Part shown: positions 34,574-45,172 of the stretch, piece after piece
How positions within the stretch are numbered: the stretch's first letter is position 1
How the letters are laid out: every line of letters begins with the position of its first letter
NCBI GenBank assembly: GCA_963817955.1
Contig: CAWFQK010000004.1
Coordinates: 320,001-384,000 of the forward strand
Reading direction: 5' to 3'
DNA: 64,000 nucleotides
DNA from: an uncultured Gemmatimonadaceae bacterium
GTDB taxonomy: Bacteria > Gemmatimonadota > Gemmatimonadetes > Gemmatimonadales > Gemmatimonadaceae
Notes under the pieces: generated by a model
Told to the model about the DNA's origin: nothing
Databases searched by the model: none
Seen by the model: the letters and a program-made list of their open reading frames with translations, nothing else
Program-made: the position numbers and the translations under genes

Positions 34574-36157
34574 TGACCGTTCTCGACGTCAATCTCCCGG
34601 CACAGCTCATCCTGGCCCTCCTGCCCGAGCTGGTGCTCATGGGCGGCGCGATGTTGCTGCTCCTCTGGGCCGCGTGGCGGCCGGAGAGCGATACCCACCA
34701 GCGCGCCGTCGGCATCGCTAGCATCGTTCTGGTCGGCATCACGATCGCTGCTCGTGCCTCAGACTTTGCAGGTCGGTATGAAGCCAGTCCCGGCCCCATC
34801 GCGGTCGACAACTTCCGCTGGTTCATCGATGCCGTCATCCTGATTGGCACGATGTTCACGATCGCGCTGAGCATGGACGACAACATGCGCTCCCGCATTC
34901 GCGCGCCGGAAACGCACGTCCTCATCCTGCTCGCGTCGTCCGGGATGATGCTCCTCGCCGCGGCGCGCGATCTCATGATCGTGTTCCTTGGCATCGAGTT
35001 GATGTCGATCTCGGTCTATGCACTTGCCGGCATGAATCGGCGCAGCGAACGGTCAGCCGAAGGCGCGTTGAAGTACTTCCTCCTCGGTGCGTTCTCCACC
35101 GCATTCCTGCTGTATGGCATCGCCCTCGTCTATGGCGCGACCGGGACGACGAACCTCTCTGTCATCGCCGGCCGTACGCTCGCGTTGGACCTGGCTCACA
35201 GCCCGCTGCTGCTCCTTGGCATTGCGCTGCTGTTGGTCGGGTTCGGCTTCAAGGTTGCTGCGGTACCATTCCACATGTGGGCGCCCGACGTCTATGACGG
35301 CGCGCCGATCGGCGATCACGGCGTACATGGCTGCGACGGTGAAGACGGCCGCATTTGCGGCGTTCATCCGTGTCTGGCTCGAGGCATTCCCATTCAGCTT
35401 CCAGAGCTGGCACGTGGCGCTGAGCGGGCTTGCCATCGCCACGATGGTCTTCGGGAATGCCATCGGGCTGGCGCAGAAGAACCTCAAGCGCATGCTCGCG
35501 TATTCGAGCATCGGCCATGCGGGGTATCTCCTCGTCGCCATCGCCGCCGGCACGTTCCAGGGTTCGTCCGCGATGCTGTTCTACCTCTTCATCTACACGC
35601 TCGCCACGTTTGGCGCCTTTGCGGTGGTCGTGACGCTGACGCGCGAAGGGCAGGGTGCGGTGATGCTGGAAGAGCTCGCTGGGTTGTGGACCGTGCGCCC
35701 ATGGCTCGCCTTGTCGATGGGCATCATCATGCTGGCGCTGCTCGGGTTCCCGATCTTTGGTGGCGCCGGTTTCTTCGCCAAATGGTACGTGCTACAGGCG
35801 GCGCTGCAAGCACCGGTGCGACAAACGATGTTGGCCGTGATACTGGTGTTGACCACCGTGGTGTCAGCGGGCTACTACCTCTACGTGCTCGTCCTCATGT
35901 TCATGCGGCCGCGCGCCGATGGCGCGCCTGTACCGGAACGCGCCGGCGGCCTCACGCGTACGGTACTCGCTATCAGCGTCGGCCTGCTCCTCATCCTCGG
36001 CGTCGTGCCGGAGTACGCAGTGCGGGTGGCTGGCATCGGGCGTCCACGCATGGACATCGAGCCGACCGCAACGCAGCTTCCCCCTCGCATCTCGGTGATT
36101 CCGCCCGATGGCGCGGCGCAGATCTCCGATACGCGAATGGGCGAGCCAAACCGCTAA
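34573..36157 (+). CDS. nuoN: NADH-quinone oxidoreductase subunit N (frameshift near 35310)
   Basis: EGALKYF, FKVAAVPFHMWAPDVYDGAP, KRMLAYSSIGHAGY. Confidence 0.94.
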
Positions 36158-36164
36158 AACTCAG

Positions 36165-36194
36165 ACGGGGCCGCACCGCGGCCCCGTTGCCTTT
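36165..36194 (+). terminator. Probable intrinsic terminator of the nuo operon
   Basis: ACGGGGCCGC-acc-GCGGCCCCGT perfect 10-bp stem followed by TGCCTTT. Confidence 0.6.
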
Positions 36195-36206
36195 CACAAG
36201 GGTGCG

Positions 36207-37580
36207 ATGGCGATTGCAGCAGGGATCTTCCGGCAATATGACATTCGAGGAATCGTCGGCGAAGATCTAACTACGGAGGCGGCTCGTGCCGTCGGCGCGG
36301 CGTACGCCGCGAACCTCGCGGAACATGGCATCGCGACCGGCGCGGTGGTGGTGGGACGCGACAACCGGCCGAGCGGGCGTTCGTTACGCGACGCGATGGT
36401 CGACGGCATCACGAACGCAGGGTACGATGTCATCGATATCGGAGAGGTGCCCACGCCGCTCAACTACTGGGCGCTGCATCATCTCCCTGTGGTCGGTGGC
36501 ATTCAGATCACCGGCTCGCACAATCCGCCCGAGTACAACGGTTTCAAGTTGTCGCTCGGTACCGGATCATTGTACGGGGAAGCGATCCAGCACCTCTATG
36601 CGCTCACGCAAGCGCCGGCGCCTCCGGCGGCCGTTGCCGGCACCGTGCGCTACGAGGCCGTGATCGACCGGTACATCTCTGATGTCGTGGACCGCATCGG
36701 TCCGCTCAAACGGACGATCCAAGTCATCTATGATTGCGGCAACGGCGCCGCCGCCCTGGTCGCACCACAACTCTTCAAGCGCCTCGGCGTTCGGGGACGC
36801 GGGCTCTACTGCGAGAGCGACGGTACGTTCCCGAATCATCATCCGGATCCGACAGTCCCTGCGAACCTCGAAGATCTCATCGCGGCGGTGAAGACCGACG
36901 AGGCCGAGATCGGCATCGCATTCGACGGCGACGCCGACCGTATCGGCGTCGTGGACGGGACCGGCCGAATCGTCTGGGGTGACAGAATCCTCATTCTGTA
37001 TGCGCGCGACGTCCTCGAGCGCACGGGACGCGGTCAGCCGATCATCTTCGACGTGAAGTCCTCGCAGGCGGTATCCATGGCCGTCGCCGATGCAGGCGGC
37101 GCGCCGGTCATGTGGAAGACGGGCCACTCGCTGATCAAAGAGAAGATGCGCGAGATGCACGCGCCGGTCGCCGGCGAAATGTCCGGCCACATGTTCTTCA
37201 GCGAAGGATTCTACGGGCACGACGACGCGCTGTACGGCGCCGCACGCCTCTTGCGCATTCTTGCCGATGCCGGCCGCACGGTGGATCAGATGCTCGCCGA
37301 CGTGCCGGACTTCGTGTCGACACCGGAACTCCGCATCGACGTGCCCGAGGAGGTCAAGTTCGACCTCGTCGAGCGCGCTGTGAAGCATTTCCGCGCGCGC
37401 TATGACGTCATTGACGTCGACGGGGTGCGTGTGCTGTTCGGCGACGGCTGGGGACTCATTCGGGCGTCGAACACGCAGCCGGTAATCGTCGCCCGGTACG
37501 AGGCGGCCACACCGGAGCGTCTCGCCGATATCCAAGGGGAAATGGAGGGGTGGCTGCGCGAGCAGGGCGTGCGAGTGTGA
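36207..37580 (+). CDS. Phosphomannomutase/phosphoglucomutase
   Basis: FRQYDIRG, TGSHNP, FDGDADR, GEMSGH, RASNTQP. Confidence 0.95.
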   Translation: MAIAAGIFRQYDIRGIVGEDLTTEAARAVGAAYAANLAEHGIATGAVVVGRDNRPSGRSLRDAMVDGITNAGYDVIDIGEVPTPLNYWALHHLPVVGGIQITGSHNPPEYNGFKLSLGTGSLYGEAIQHLYALTQAPAPPAAVAGTVRYEAVIDRYISDVVDRIGPLKRTIQVIYDCGNGAAALVAPQLFKRLGVRGRGLYCESDGTFPNHHPDPTVPANLEDLIAAVKTDEAEIGIAFDGDADRIGVVDGTGRIVWGDRILILYARDVLERTGRGQPIIFDVKSSQAVSMAVADAGGAPVMWKTGHSLIKEKMREMHAPVAGEMSGHMFFSEGFYGHDDALYGAARLLRILADAGRTVDQMLADVPDFVSTPELRIDVPEEVKFDLVERAVKHFRARYDVIDVDGVRVLFGDGWGLIRASNTQPVIVARYEAATPERLADIQGEMEGWLREQGVRV

Positions 37581-37581
37581 C

Positions 37582-40050
37582 ATGACCAGGCGCCGGTGGC
37601 TCGTGGTCATACTCCTGACCGCCGCAGTCCTGCTGATCGCCGGTCGGTCGGTCGCCGGTATCTATTCCGATTACCTCTGGTACAACTCGCTCGGCGCCAT
37701 CGCCCTCTGGCGCACGCGTTTCATGGCGCTGACGATGCTGCGCACGGGCTCCGCGCTCGCCGCCGCCGTCTTTACCTTCATGAATCTCTACGCGGTGCGG
37801 AGTTCCGTCGTATCACTGGTGTTTCCGCGACGGATCGGCAACATCGAGATCGGCGAGGAAGTCCCGGGCCGGTATCTCATGGCCAGCGTCGTGGCGCTGT
37901 CGATCGTCCTCGGCATTCTGCTCGCCGTGCCGCAGGACGACTGGACGAGCGTCATGCTCGCCCGAACGGGACGGATGTTCAACGAGTCGGATCCATACTT
38001 CGCTGCCGACCTCGGATTCTTTGTCTATTGGTTGCCGTTTGAGAGTTCCCTTTGGATGTGGGCGTTTACCTGCGTCGTCGTCGTGGGCATTGCCGTGCTG
38101 TTGCTCTACGCCCTCACGCCCAGCCTCAAATGGCAACAGGGCAGGCTATATGCGTCGACCTACGTACGCCGCCACGTTACGGTGCTGGTGGGCATCTTGC
38201 TGCTCCTCCTCGCCTGGAGCTTCCGGCTGGACATGTATTCGCTGCTCGTCGACGGCGGGGGCGTCGATGGCACGTTCAGCTACGTTGATCATCATATCGG
38301 CGTCAATGGCGATTTTCTGTTGTCGTTCGCGACGCTCAGCGCGGCACTGATCGTCATCTGGGCTGGATCGGTTGGGCATTTCCGTCTGGCCGGGATCTCC
38401 GTGCTCACAGTGATCGTCGTCTCGCTGGCGGTGCGTGAGATCGCGCCCGTGGTCGCCGAGCATTCCGGTAGTGACGCCGAGCACACGCTGCGCGAACGCC
38501 CGTATTACGCGACACGTGCAGCGTATACGCGCCGTGCGTACGCAGTGGACGCCATTGGGCGCGCCGATGCGTCGATCGCTTATCCGTCGCTCGCCGCGGC
38601 ATTGCCCTGGATCCCAGCGTGGGATCCGCCGGCACTGAGTCGCGTCATCGATGCCGGACGTTCGGGGGAGGACATTGACGTGCGGATCGGCTGGCACGCG
38701 GCGGCGGCGGGCCTCGTGGCTGATGTGGTTGATCCACCGCCGCCGGGCGCGTCGGCGCGCGCGCCGTGGACGGTGGCGCGCATTCTCGCCGCCAGCGCCG
38801 ACGAGCACGGGAATCCGCTGCGGCTGGTCGGCGGAGCCGCGACGACGAGCACGGCCACCGACGATGCCACACTCGAGGCGCCGCTCGTGTATCCCGGCGC
38901 CTCGCGGTTCACGATCATCCCCGATTCACTGAACCATATTGCCGGCACGTCGCTCGAGCCGACACTCACGCGGATCGCCAGCGCCTGGTCACTGCAGAAT
39001 TTCCGGATCTTGTCAACCGAGATGCCCGAGCCGAGGCCGACGATCATCGCATTCCGTGATGTTCGCGATCGCGTCGAGCGACTCATGCCGTTCTTCGTAC
39101 AAGGGCGGCACGTCGAAGCGGTGCTCCCGGGCGACTCATTGTACTGGGTGCTGCATCTGTATACGGCGTCCGATATGTACCCATTGAGTCGACACGCCAT
39201 GCTTGCCGGTGACGAGCGCAGCTATCTCCATCACGCGGCTGTTGCGATCGTGGAGGCGGCCACCGGCGACATCAGTGTGGTGCCCGATTCAGTCCTCGAT
39301 CCGATCGCCGCCACGTGGGTGCGCCGACTGCCCTCGATCTTCGGCACGTGGGCAGCGCTTCCGTCAGGTATTCGCAATCTCATATCGCCCCCGATCGACG
39401 GAGTGTACGCGCAGGCAATCGCCTTCGGGCGCTACGGCAGTCGCACCGAAACCGATCCGGTGCGACATGTCCCGACACTCGACGGCGGCGATACGAGCGT
39501 GACAACCGATTACGTCCCCATGGTCCTCCCAGGCTCACAGGCAACGGCCGTGACCATTCCGCTGGTCGACGACACCGATCGGCTGAGAGGCTTGATCATC
39601 GGGACGGGCGGCGTGAGGTCGGGCACCGCCTGGTATCCGCTCCCGACCCCCGGACCGCGGTGGACCGCCGTGCTCGATCGTCTGCGGTCAGTGGACAGCG
39701 CCGGCAGTACGGTGCGCGAAGGGCCGCTGGCACATGGGCGCGTGCGAGCCGTCGCCGTGCGCGGCGGCATCGCTTTCGTTCAGCCGACGTATCGCTGGCG
39801 TCCCCAGGCCGCGCCGACGTTGAGCCGCGTTGCGACGCTTTCAGGCGACACGGCTCGGTCGGTACCGCCCCCGCTCGGTCCCGTCGACCACACGTCCCCC
39901 TCAACCAAGCCCGGCTCCATCCAGGCGACGCCAATGGCGCTGTATCATGCCATGCGGGATGCGCTGCGACGCGGCGACTGGGCTGCGTTTGGTCGCGCGT
40001 TCGAAGCACTTGGCCACGCCCTCAGCACGAGCCCGGTCCGCTCTCGGTGA
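37582..40050 (+). CDS. UPF0182 family membrane protein (divergent)
   Basis: YSDYLWYNSLG, DPYFAADLGFFVYWLPF, ERPY..TRRAY, C-terminal ALRRGDWAAFG. Confidence 0.8.
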   Translation: MTRRRWLVVILLTAAVLLIAGRSVAGIYSDYLWYNSLGAIALWRTRFMALTMLRTGSALAAAVFTFMNLYAVRSSVVSLVFPRRIGNIEIGEEVPGRYLMASVVALSIVLGILLAVPQDDWTSVMLARTGRMFNESDPYFAADLGFFVYWLPFESSLWMWAFTCVVVVGIAVLLLYALTPSLKWQQGRLYASTYVRRHVTVLVGILLLLLAWSFRLDMYSLLVDGGGVDGTFSYVDHHIGVNGDFLLSFATLSAALIVIWAGSVGHFRLAGISVLTVIVVSLAVREIAPVVAEHSGSDAEHTLRERPYYATRAAYTRRAYAVDAIGRADASIAYPSLAAALPWIPAWDPPALSRVIDAGRSGEDIDVRIGWHAAAAGLVADVVDPPPPGASARAPWTVARILAASADEHGNPLRLVGGAATTSTATDDATLEAPLVYPGASRFTIIPDSLNHIAGTSLEPTLTRIASAWSLQNFRILSTEMPEPRPTIIAFRDVRDRVERLMPFFVQGRHVEAVLPGDSLYWVLHLYTASDMYPLSRHAMLAGDERSYLHHAAVAIVEAATGDISVVPDSVLDPIAATWVRRLPSIFGTWAALPSGIRNLISPPIDGVYAQAIAFGRYGSRTETDPVRHVPTLDGGDTSVTTDYVPMVLPGSQATAVTIPLVDDTDRLRGLIIGTGGVRSGTAWYPLPTPGPRWTAVLDRLRSVDSAGSTVREGPLAHGRVRAVAVRGGIAFVQPTYRWRPQAAPTLSRVATLSGDTARSVPPPLGPVDHTSPSTKPGSIQATPMALYHAMRDALRRGDWAAFGRAFEALGHALSTSPVRSR

Positions 40051-40056
40051 TCTGAT

Positions 40057-41022
40057 ATGACACACGAGCATCACCGCACCGCGGTCATTGCGCTCGGCGG
40101 GAACGCGCTCGCCCCATCGGGCGAGCGGTCGACGATTTACGACCAGTTCCGGCACACTCGTGAAAGCCTTGCTCCCATCGTGCAGCTCGCGCTCAATGGA
40201 TGGAGCGTCTGCGTGGTGCACGGCAACGGCCCGCAGGTCGGCGACGAGTTGGTGCGAAACGAAATCGCCCGCGAGGAAGCCAGTCCATTGCCACTTGGCG
40301 TGCTCGTGGCCGCGACAGCGGGCTGGATTGGGTATATGATTCAGCAGTCGTTGGAGAACGCGCTTTGGCGGGCCGGCAGTCCGCGGAGTGTGGCGACGGT
40401 GATCACGCAGGTGCAGGTCGATCCCGCTGATCCAGCGCTGCGCAATCCAACGAAGTTCATCGGCCGCGGCGTGTCGCCGGAACGCGCGCGTCAACTGATG
40501 GCTGAGGGACACGCAGTAAAGGCCGACGGTCACGGGAAGTTGCGTCGTGTCGTCGGCAGCCCTGCGCCGCAAGGAATTCGTGAACTACCGGTGATCAAGA
40601 TGCTCGTGGAGCAGGGGATGCTCGTCGTCGCCTGCGGCGGTGGTGGCGCGCCCGTCTACATGCATCCGACGCTGGGTTGGGAAGGGGTAGACGCGGTGGT
40701 GGACAAGGATTTGGCCGCCGCCGTGCTAGCACGCGACGTTGGTGCGGAGTTGTTACTAATCCTCACCGACGTGGACGCCGTGTACGCGGACTGGGGGCAG
40801 CCATCGCAACGCGCCCTCCGTAAACTCACGGCAGAGGAAGCCGTACAGATGGACGAAGCAGGGGCATTCGGCGAAGGCAGTATGGCGCCGAAGATTCGTG
40901 CGGCGGTGGATTTCGTCCGCCGCACTGGTGGACGTGCGATCATCACATCGCTGAGCCGAGGACAGGATGCTGTTCGCGGCAAGGCGGGAACGACCATAAC
41001 CGCAACCGCGGAGACCGCGTGA
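40057..41022 (+). CDS. arcC: Carbamate kinase
   Basis: IALGGNA, HGNGPQVG, PTKFIG, RRVVGSP, DAVVDKD, GSMAPK. Confidence 0.93.
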   Translation: MTHEHHRTAVIALGGNALAPSGERSTIYDQFRHTRESLAPIVQLALNGWSVCVVHGNGPQVGDELVRNEIAREEASPLPLGVLVAATAGWIGYMIQQSLENALWRAGSPRSVATVITQVQVDPADPALRNPTKFIGRGVSPERARQLMAEGHAVKADGHGKLRRVVGSPAPQGIRELPVIKMLVEQGMLVVACGGGGAPVYMHPTLGWEGVDAVVDKDLAAAVLARDVGAELLLILTDVDAVYADWGQPSQRALRKLTAEEAVQMDEAGAFGEGSMAPKIRAAVDFVRRTGGRAIITSLSRGQDAVRGKAGTTITATAETA

Positions 41023-42164
41023 ACATTCACGAGTATCAGGCGAAGGAAATTCTTCGGAACGAAGGCGTTCCGATTCCGCCGGGCGAAGTCGCAACGAGGC
41101 CCGACGAGGTGGAGTCGATCGCAAAGCAGTACGGTGGCACCGTGGTGGTGAAGGCCCAGGTGCATGCCGGCGGCCGCGGCAAGGCCGGCGGCGTCAAGCT
41201 GGCCAAGACGCCGGCGGACGCAAAGGAAATCGCGAGCAAGATCCTCGGCATGGAGATCAAGGGTTTGCCGGTGCTCAAGGTGCTCGTCACCCCCGCGGCG
41301 GATATCGCCAAGGAGGCATACGTCGGCATCATTCTCGACCGCGCTTCCAGGAAGCCGGTGTTCATGGTCAGCCCGGCAGGCGGCATCGACATCGAGGAAG
41401 TCGCGGCAAAGACGCCTGAGAAGATCCTCAAGCTGCCCATCGATACTCGGTACGGCCTTCAGGCGTTCCAGGCGAACCGCCTGGGGTTCTTCCTCTTTGA
41501 TGACGTGAAGCAGGTGCGTGCTGCCGCGAAGATCATGCAGCAGCTCTATGCAGCGTTCATGAAGAGCGGCTGCTCGCTGGCCGAGATCAACCCGCTCGTC
41601 ACCACCCCCGCTGGCGATGTCATCGCCCTCGACGCGAAGATGGTGATCGACGACAACGAACTCGATCGGCATCCCGAGATCGCGGCGATGCGCGACGAAA
41701 GCGCCGAAGCACCAAGCGAAGTGCTGGCCCGGAACGCGAACCTCACGTTCATCAAGCTCGACGGCAATGTGGGATGCGTCGTGAACGGTGCTGGTCTCGC
41801 GATGGCGACGATGGACCTCGTGAAGTACTACGGTGGCGATCCGGCAAACTTCCTCGACATCGGCGGGTCGTCGAATCCCGAGAAAGTGGTGAATGCACTC
41901 AAGATCATCACGGCTGACACGAGCGTGAAGGCGATCTTGTTCAATATCTTTGGCGGCATCACGCGCACCGATGACGTGGCGAACGGCATCGTGACGGCCA
42001 CCAAACAGAACCCGCTCAAGGTGCCGATCGTCATTCGGCTCACCGGCACCAACGAAGAGATCGCAATGAAGATTCTGAAGGACAACGGATTCACGGCGTC
42101 GTCGGATATGGACGAAGCGGTGAAGAAAGCGGTCGAACTGGCACACGGAGGGCAGGCCGCATGA
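41019..42164 (+). CDS. sucC: Succinyl-CoA ligase beta subunit
   Basis: [41 protein letters not shown]. Confidence 0.97.
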   Translation: MNIHEYQAKEILRNEGVPIPPGEVATRPDEVESIAKQYGGTVVVKAQVHAGGRGKAGGVKLAKTPADAKEIASKILGMEIKGLPVLKVLVTPAADIAKEAYVGIILDRASRKPVFMVSPAGGIDIEEVAAKTPEKILKLPIDTRYGLQAFQANRLGFFLFDDVKQVRAAAKIMQQLYAAFMKSGCSLAEINPLVTTPAGDVIALDAKMVIDDNELDRHPEIAAMRDESAEAPSEVLARNANLTFIKLDGNVGCVVNGAGLAMATMDLVKYYGGDPANFLDIGGSSNPEKVVNALKIITADTSVKAILFNIFGGITRTDDVANGIVTATKQNPLKVPIVIRLTGTNEEIAMKILKDNGFTASSDMDEAVKKAVELAHGGQAA

Positions 42165-43030
42165 GCATCTTCATCGATGACAACACCACGGTGATCGTGC
42201 AGGGCATCACCGGACGAGACGGCTCGTTCCACACTAAGCAGATGATGGCGTACGGCACCAGGGTCGTGGCCGGCGTGACGCCAGGGAAAGGCGGCCAGAG
42301 TTTCGAGAGCAGCGTGCCGATCTTCAACACAGTGGCCGACGCGGCCGCCGCGACGGGCGCCAACACGTCCGTCATCTACGTGCCGCCGATGTTCGCCGCC
42401 GACGCGATCATGGAAGCAGTGGACGCGGGCGTGAAGCTGATCGTCGCGATCACCGAAGGCGTGCCGGTGCTCGACATGACGCGGGTCTATCCGTACGTGA
42501 AAGAGCGGGGTGCGCGCCTCCTCGGCCCGAACTGCCCCGGTCTCATCACACCGGGCAAGACGAAGGTGGGCATCATTCCCGGTAACATCTGCATGCCCGG
42601 CAACGTCGGCGTCGTCAGCCGTTCAGGAACGCTCACCTATGAAGTTGTCTATCAGCTGACTCGCGCCGGCCTCGGACAGTCGACGTGCGTCGGCATTGGT
42701 GGCGATCCAATCAACGGCACCAATTTCATCGACTGCCTCGCGGCATTCGAGAAGGACCCCTGCACGAACGCCGTGGCAATGATGGGCGAGATCGGCGGCA
42801 CGGACGAGCAGGAGGCCGCGGAGTTCATCAAGCAGCACATGAAGAAGCCGGTCGTCGGCTTCATTGCAGGCCAGACGGCACCGCCGGGCCGGCGCATGGG
42901 TCATGCAGGCGCGATCATCTCCGGTTCGTCGGGCACGGCAGCCGAGAAGATCCAGGCGTTCCAGGACGCCGGAGTGAGCGTCGCCAAACGCCCGATGGAT
43001 TTCGTCGAGCTGCTGAAGGCCCGGATGTGA
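42161..43030 (+). CDS. sucD: Succinyl-CoA ligase alpha subunit
   Basis: [27 protein letters not shown] phospho-His motif. Confidence 0.97.
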   Translation: MSIFIDDNTTVIVQGITGRDGSFHTKQMMAYGTRVVAGVTPGKGGQSFESSVPIFNTVADAAAATGANTSVIYVPPMFAADAIMEAVDAGVKLIVAITEGVPVLDMTRVYPYVKERGARLLGPNCPGLITPGKTKVGIIPGNICMPGNVGVVSRSGTLTYEVVYQLTRAGLGQSTCVGIGGDPINGTNFIDCLAAFEKDPCTNAVAMMGEIGGTDEQEAAEFIKQHMKKPVVGFIAGQTAPPGRRMGHAGAIISGSSGTAAEKIQAFQDAGVSVAKRPMDFVELLKARM

Positions 43031-43037
43031 GATTGCG

Positions 43038-43927
43038 GTGCGACTGACGGACTTTCTGGCCCCATCGCGGGTGCTGGTTCCGTTGTCTTGTGAGACGCTC
43101 GACGCAGCGCGCAGCGCGCTGCTCGAGCGCCTCGCTGCATCGGGGGCCATTACTGAACCGGAGCGGCTGCACGGACGCGTGGCCGAGGAGCGTGGCGAGG
43201 ATATGGTCGCCATGGCCGATCGCGCGTTCCTGCTCCATTACCGCACGGATACAGCGTCGGCGCTGCAGGTGGCGCTCGGCGTGGCGCCGGGTGGCGTACG
43301 GCGCACGATCGAAGAAGGGAAGGAGCAACGGGCGCCAGTCGTCGTGATGGTCGTCGGGCCACACCGGTTGGCGGCGCGGCAGCTTCAGGTGGTGCGCGCA
43401 TTCAGTCGTTTATTACCGAAGGAAGAAACGATAGCGGCGATGCTGTCCGCCCCGAGCGCAGAAGCGCTCGTGCGGCTGTCGACATTCGAGGAGCACGAGA
43501 TTCCGGAACAGTTACTCGTCCGCGATCTCATGACGGAGCGGCCTCGAACAACGACCGCGGATGTCCTCCTTCGACGCGCGGCCTACGAGCTGATCCATAC
43601 CGGGCTGGGGGCGCTTCCGGTTGTGGACTCCGACCAGCGACTCCTCGGGATGTTGAGCGAGCGAGAGCTTATGCGTCATCTGCTGGCGACAGAAGTGTTG
43701 GGCGGTGCCTCATCACGACACGCACCCGCGCCGCCATCGCAGGCGGCCAAGACCGTCCGCGACGTGATGACGCGCCAGGTGTTGTGTGTGGCGCCGGAGC
43801 AGCCGGTCGCTGAAGTTGCGGCGTTGATGAGCAACAAGGACGTCGAACGGGTGCCGGTTGTGCGGGGGGAAAGCTCGTTGGCTTTCTCACGCGCGGCGAC
43901 ATCGTTCGCAAACTCATAGGATTTTAG
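43038..43927 (+). CDS. PTS EIIA-like domain fused to a CBS pair (frameshift near 43865)
   Basis: N-terminal MRLTDFLAPSRV..FLLHYR..LSAPSAE; C-terminal VRDLMT..LPVVD..VRDVMT..VPVV; corrected end GKLVGFLTRGDIVRKLIGF*. Confidence 0.75.
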
Positions 43928-43929
43928 AA

Positions 43930-44358
43930 ATGGCTGGCACCTTCACATTGACGATCATCAAGCCAGATGCCTTCTGCGGCGGGAAGGCGGGAAACATCAT
44001 CGCGCACCTGGAGCAGCAAGGATTCAGAGTGCTCGCGGCGCGCGTCATTCACCTGTCTCCCAGCGATGCCGGTGAGTTCTACGCGGTGCACAAAGAGCGT
44101 CCGTTCTACGCATCACTCGTGTCCTTCATGACGTCCGGCCCATGCATGCCTATGGTGCTCGAGAGGACCGACGCCGTTGCCTCGTTGCGCACGGCCATCG
44201 GGGCCACGGATCCAGCGGAGGCCAGCGCCGGAACTGTACGCAAGTTGTACGCAGAGTCCAAAGAGCGGAACGCGATTCACGCCTCGGACAGCGACGAGAA
44301 CGCCAGTCGCGAGGCGCGGTTCTTTTTTGCCGAAACAGAGATTCTGGGGGCACGGTAA
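43930..44358 (+). CDS. ndk: Nucleoside diphosphate kinase
   Basis: IIKPDA, FYAVHKERPF, GATDP, RNAIHASDS. Confidence 0.97.
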   Translation: MAGTFTLTIIKPDAFCGGKAGNIIAHLEQQGFRVLAARVIHLSPSDAGEFYAVHKERPFYASLVSFMTSGPCMPMVLERTDAVASLRTAIGATDPAEASAGTVRKLYAESKERNAIHASDSDENASREARFFFAETEILGAR

Positions 44359-44400
44359 GCGGGACGCGACGAGCGTCTCAACTCCGCTACCCGCACAGAC

Positions 44401-44438
44401 TTGTAACGGCCCAGGGTTCTAGGTACTTTTGTTGGATG
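44401..44438 (+). promoter_or_regulatory. Candidate leaderless promoter for the yceD-rpmF-plsX-fab operon
   Basis: TTGTAA-17-TACTTT-6 nt-ATG 44436; no SD. Confidence 0.55.
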
Positions 44439-44948
44439 TTGTCCTTTGACATTCGATCGCTTGAATCCGAGGCTGCTGTCGTTGACGAGAAGCTTCTCGA
44501 CACCGACCCAATCTGGGAAGATGATGATTCCAAGCCGGCGGGCGCGGTGCACGTGACCGGACGTCTCTCGTCGGCTGGACCGGGCCGGTTCTATTGGCAC
44601 GGACGGATCGAAGGCAACGTATCGCTCGAGTGCAGCCGCTGTCTCACCGAGACCACGGCTCACGTGAGCGATGAAACACACCTCATCTTCGCCGAAACGC
44701 TGGGTGAGGAAACCGACGATCCGGATGTCTACCCGTTAGATCCAGAAGCTGACGTACTCGATCTCAGGCCAGCGATTCGAGAGGAGTGGCTTCTCGCCGC
44801 ACCAACTTTCGCGCTCTGCCGGCCAGATTGTAAAGGCTTTTGCCCTCGCTGCGGTACGGACCTGAACGCCGGTCCGCATGACTGCAGTCAGGACGAGGCC
44901 GATCCACGCTGGGACGCGCTTCGTAAGCTCCATTCGTCCAAGCAGTAA
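44436..44948 (+). CDS. yceD: YceD/DUF177 family protein
   Basis: CSRCL, LCRPDCKGFCPRCG, DPRWDAL; upstream of rpmF. Confidence 0.9.
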   Translation: MLSFDIRSLESEAAVVDEKLLDTDPIWEDDDSKPAGAVHVTGRLSSAGPGRFYWHGRIEGNVSLECSRCLTETTAHVSDETHLIFAETLGEETDDPDVYPLDPEADVLDLRPAIREEWLLAAPTFALCRPDCKGFCPRCGTDLNAGPHDCSQDEADPRWDALRKLHSSKQ

Positions 44949-44987
44949 CACGTTCAGACAGAACCTCAACGCCCTCCTGATAGTCTC

Positions 44988-45170
44988 ATGGCCGTCCCGA
45001 AGCGACGTACCTCCAAGCGAAAGAAGCGTGCACGCAATACGCACAAGACTGCGCCTTCGATCGCAATCCAGAAGTGTCCGCGATGCCAGGCGATGAAGCG
45101 TCCGCACCACGTCTGTGAAGAGTGCGGGTACTACGGCGGTAAGCAGCGGGTCGCAGCCAAGGAAGCGTAG
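44988..45170 (+). CDS. rpmF: 50S ribosomal protein L32 (zinc-ribbon form)
   Basis: MAVPKRRTSK, CPRC..HHVCEECGYY. Confidence 0.97.
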   Translation: MAVPKRRTSKRKKRARNTHKTAPSIAIQKCPRCQAMKRPHHVCEECGYYGGKQRVAAKEA

Positions 45171-45172
45171 CC

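Noticed and set aside
21304..36157. nuo operon, dnaB, radA, ispD and dcd as pseudogenes or programmed frameshifts
   Set aside because: Indels are clustered, hit essential genes, leave motifs intact and show no consistent slippery sites; most likely sequencing error
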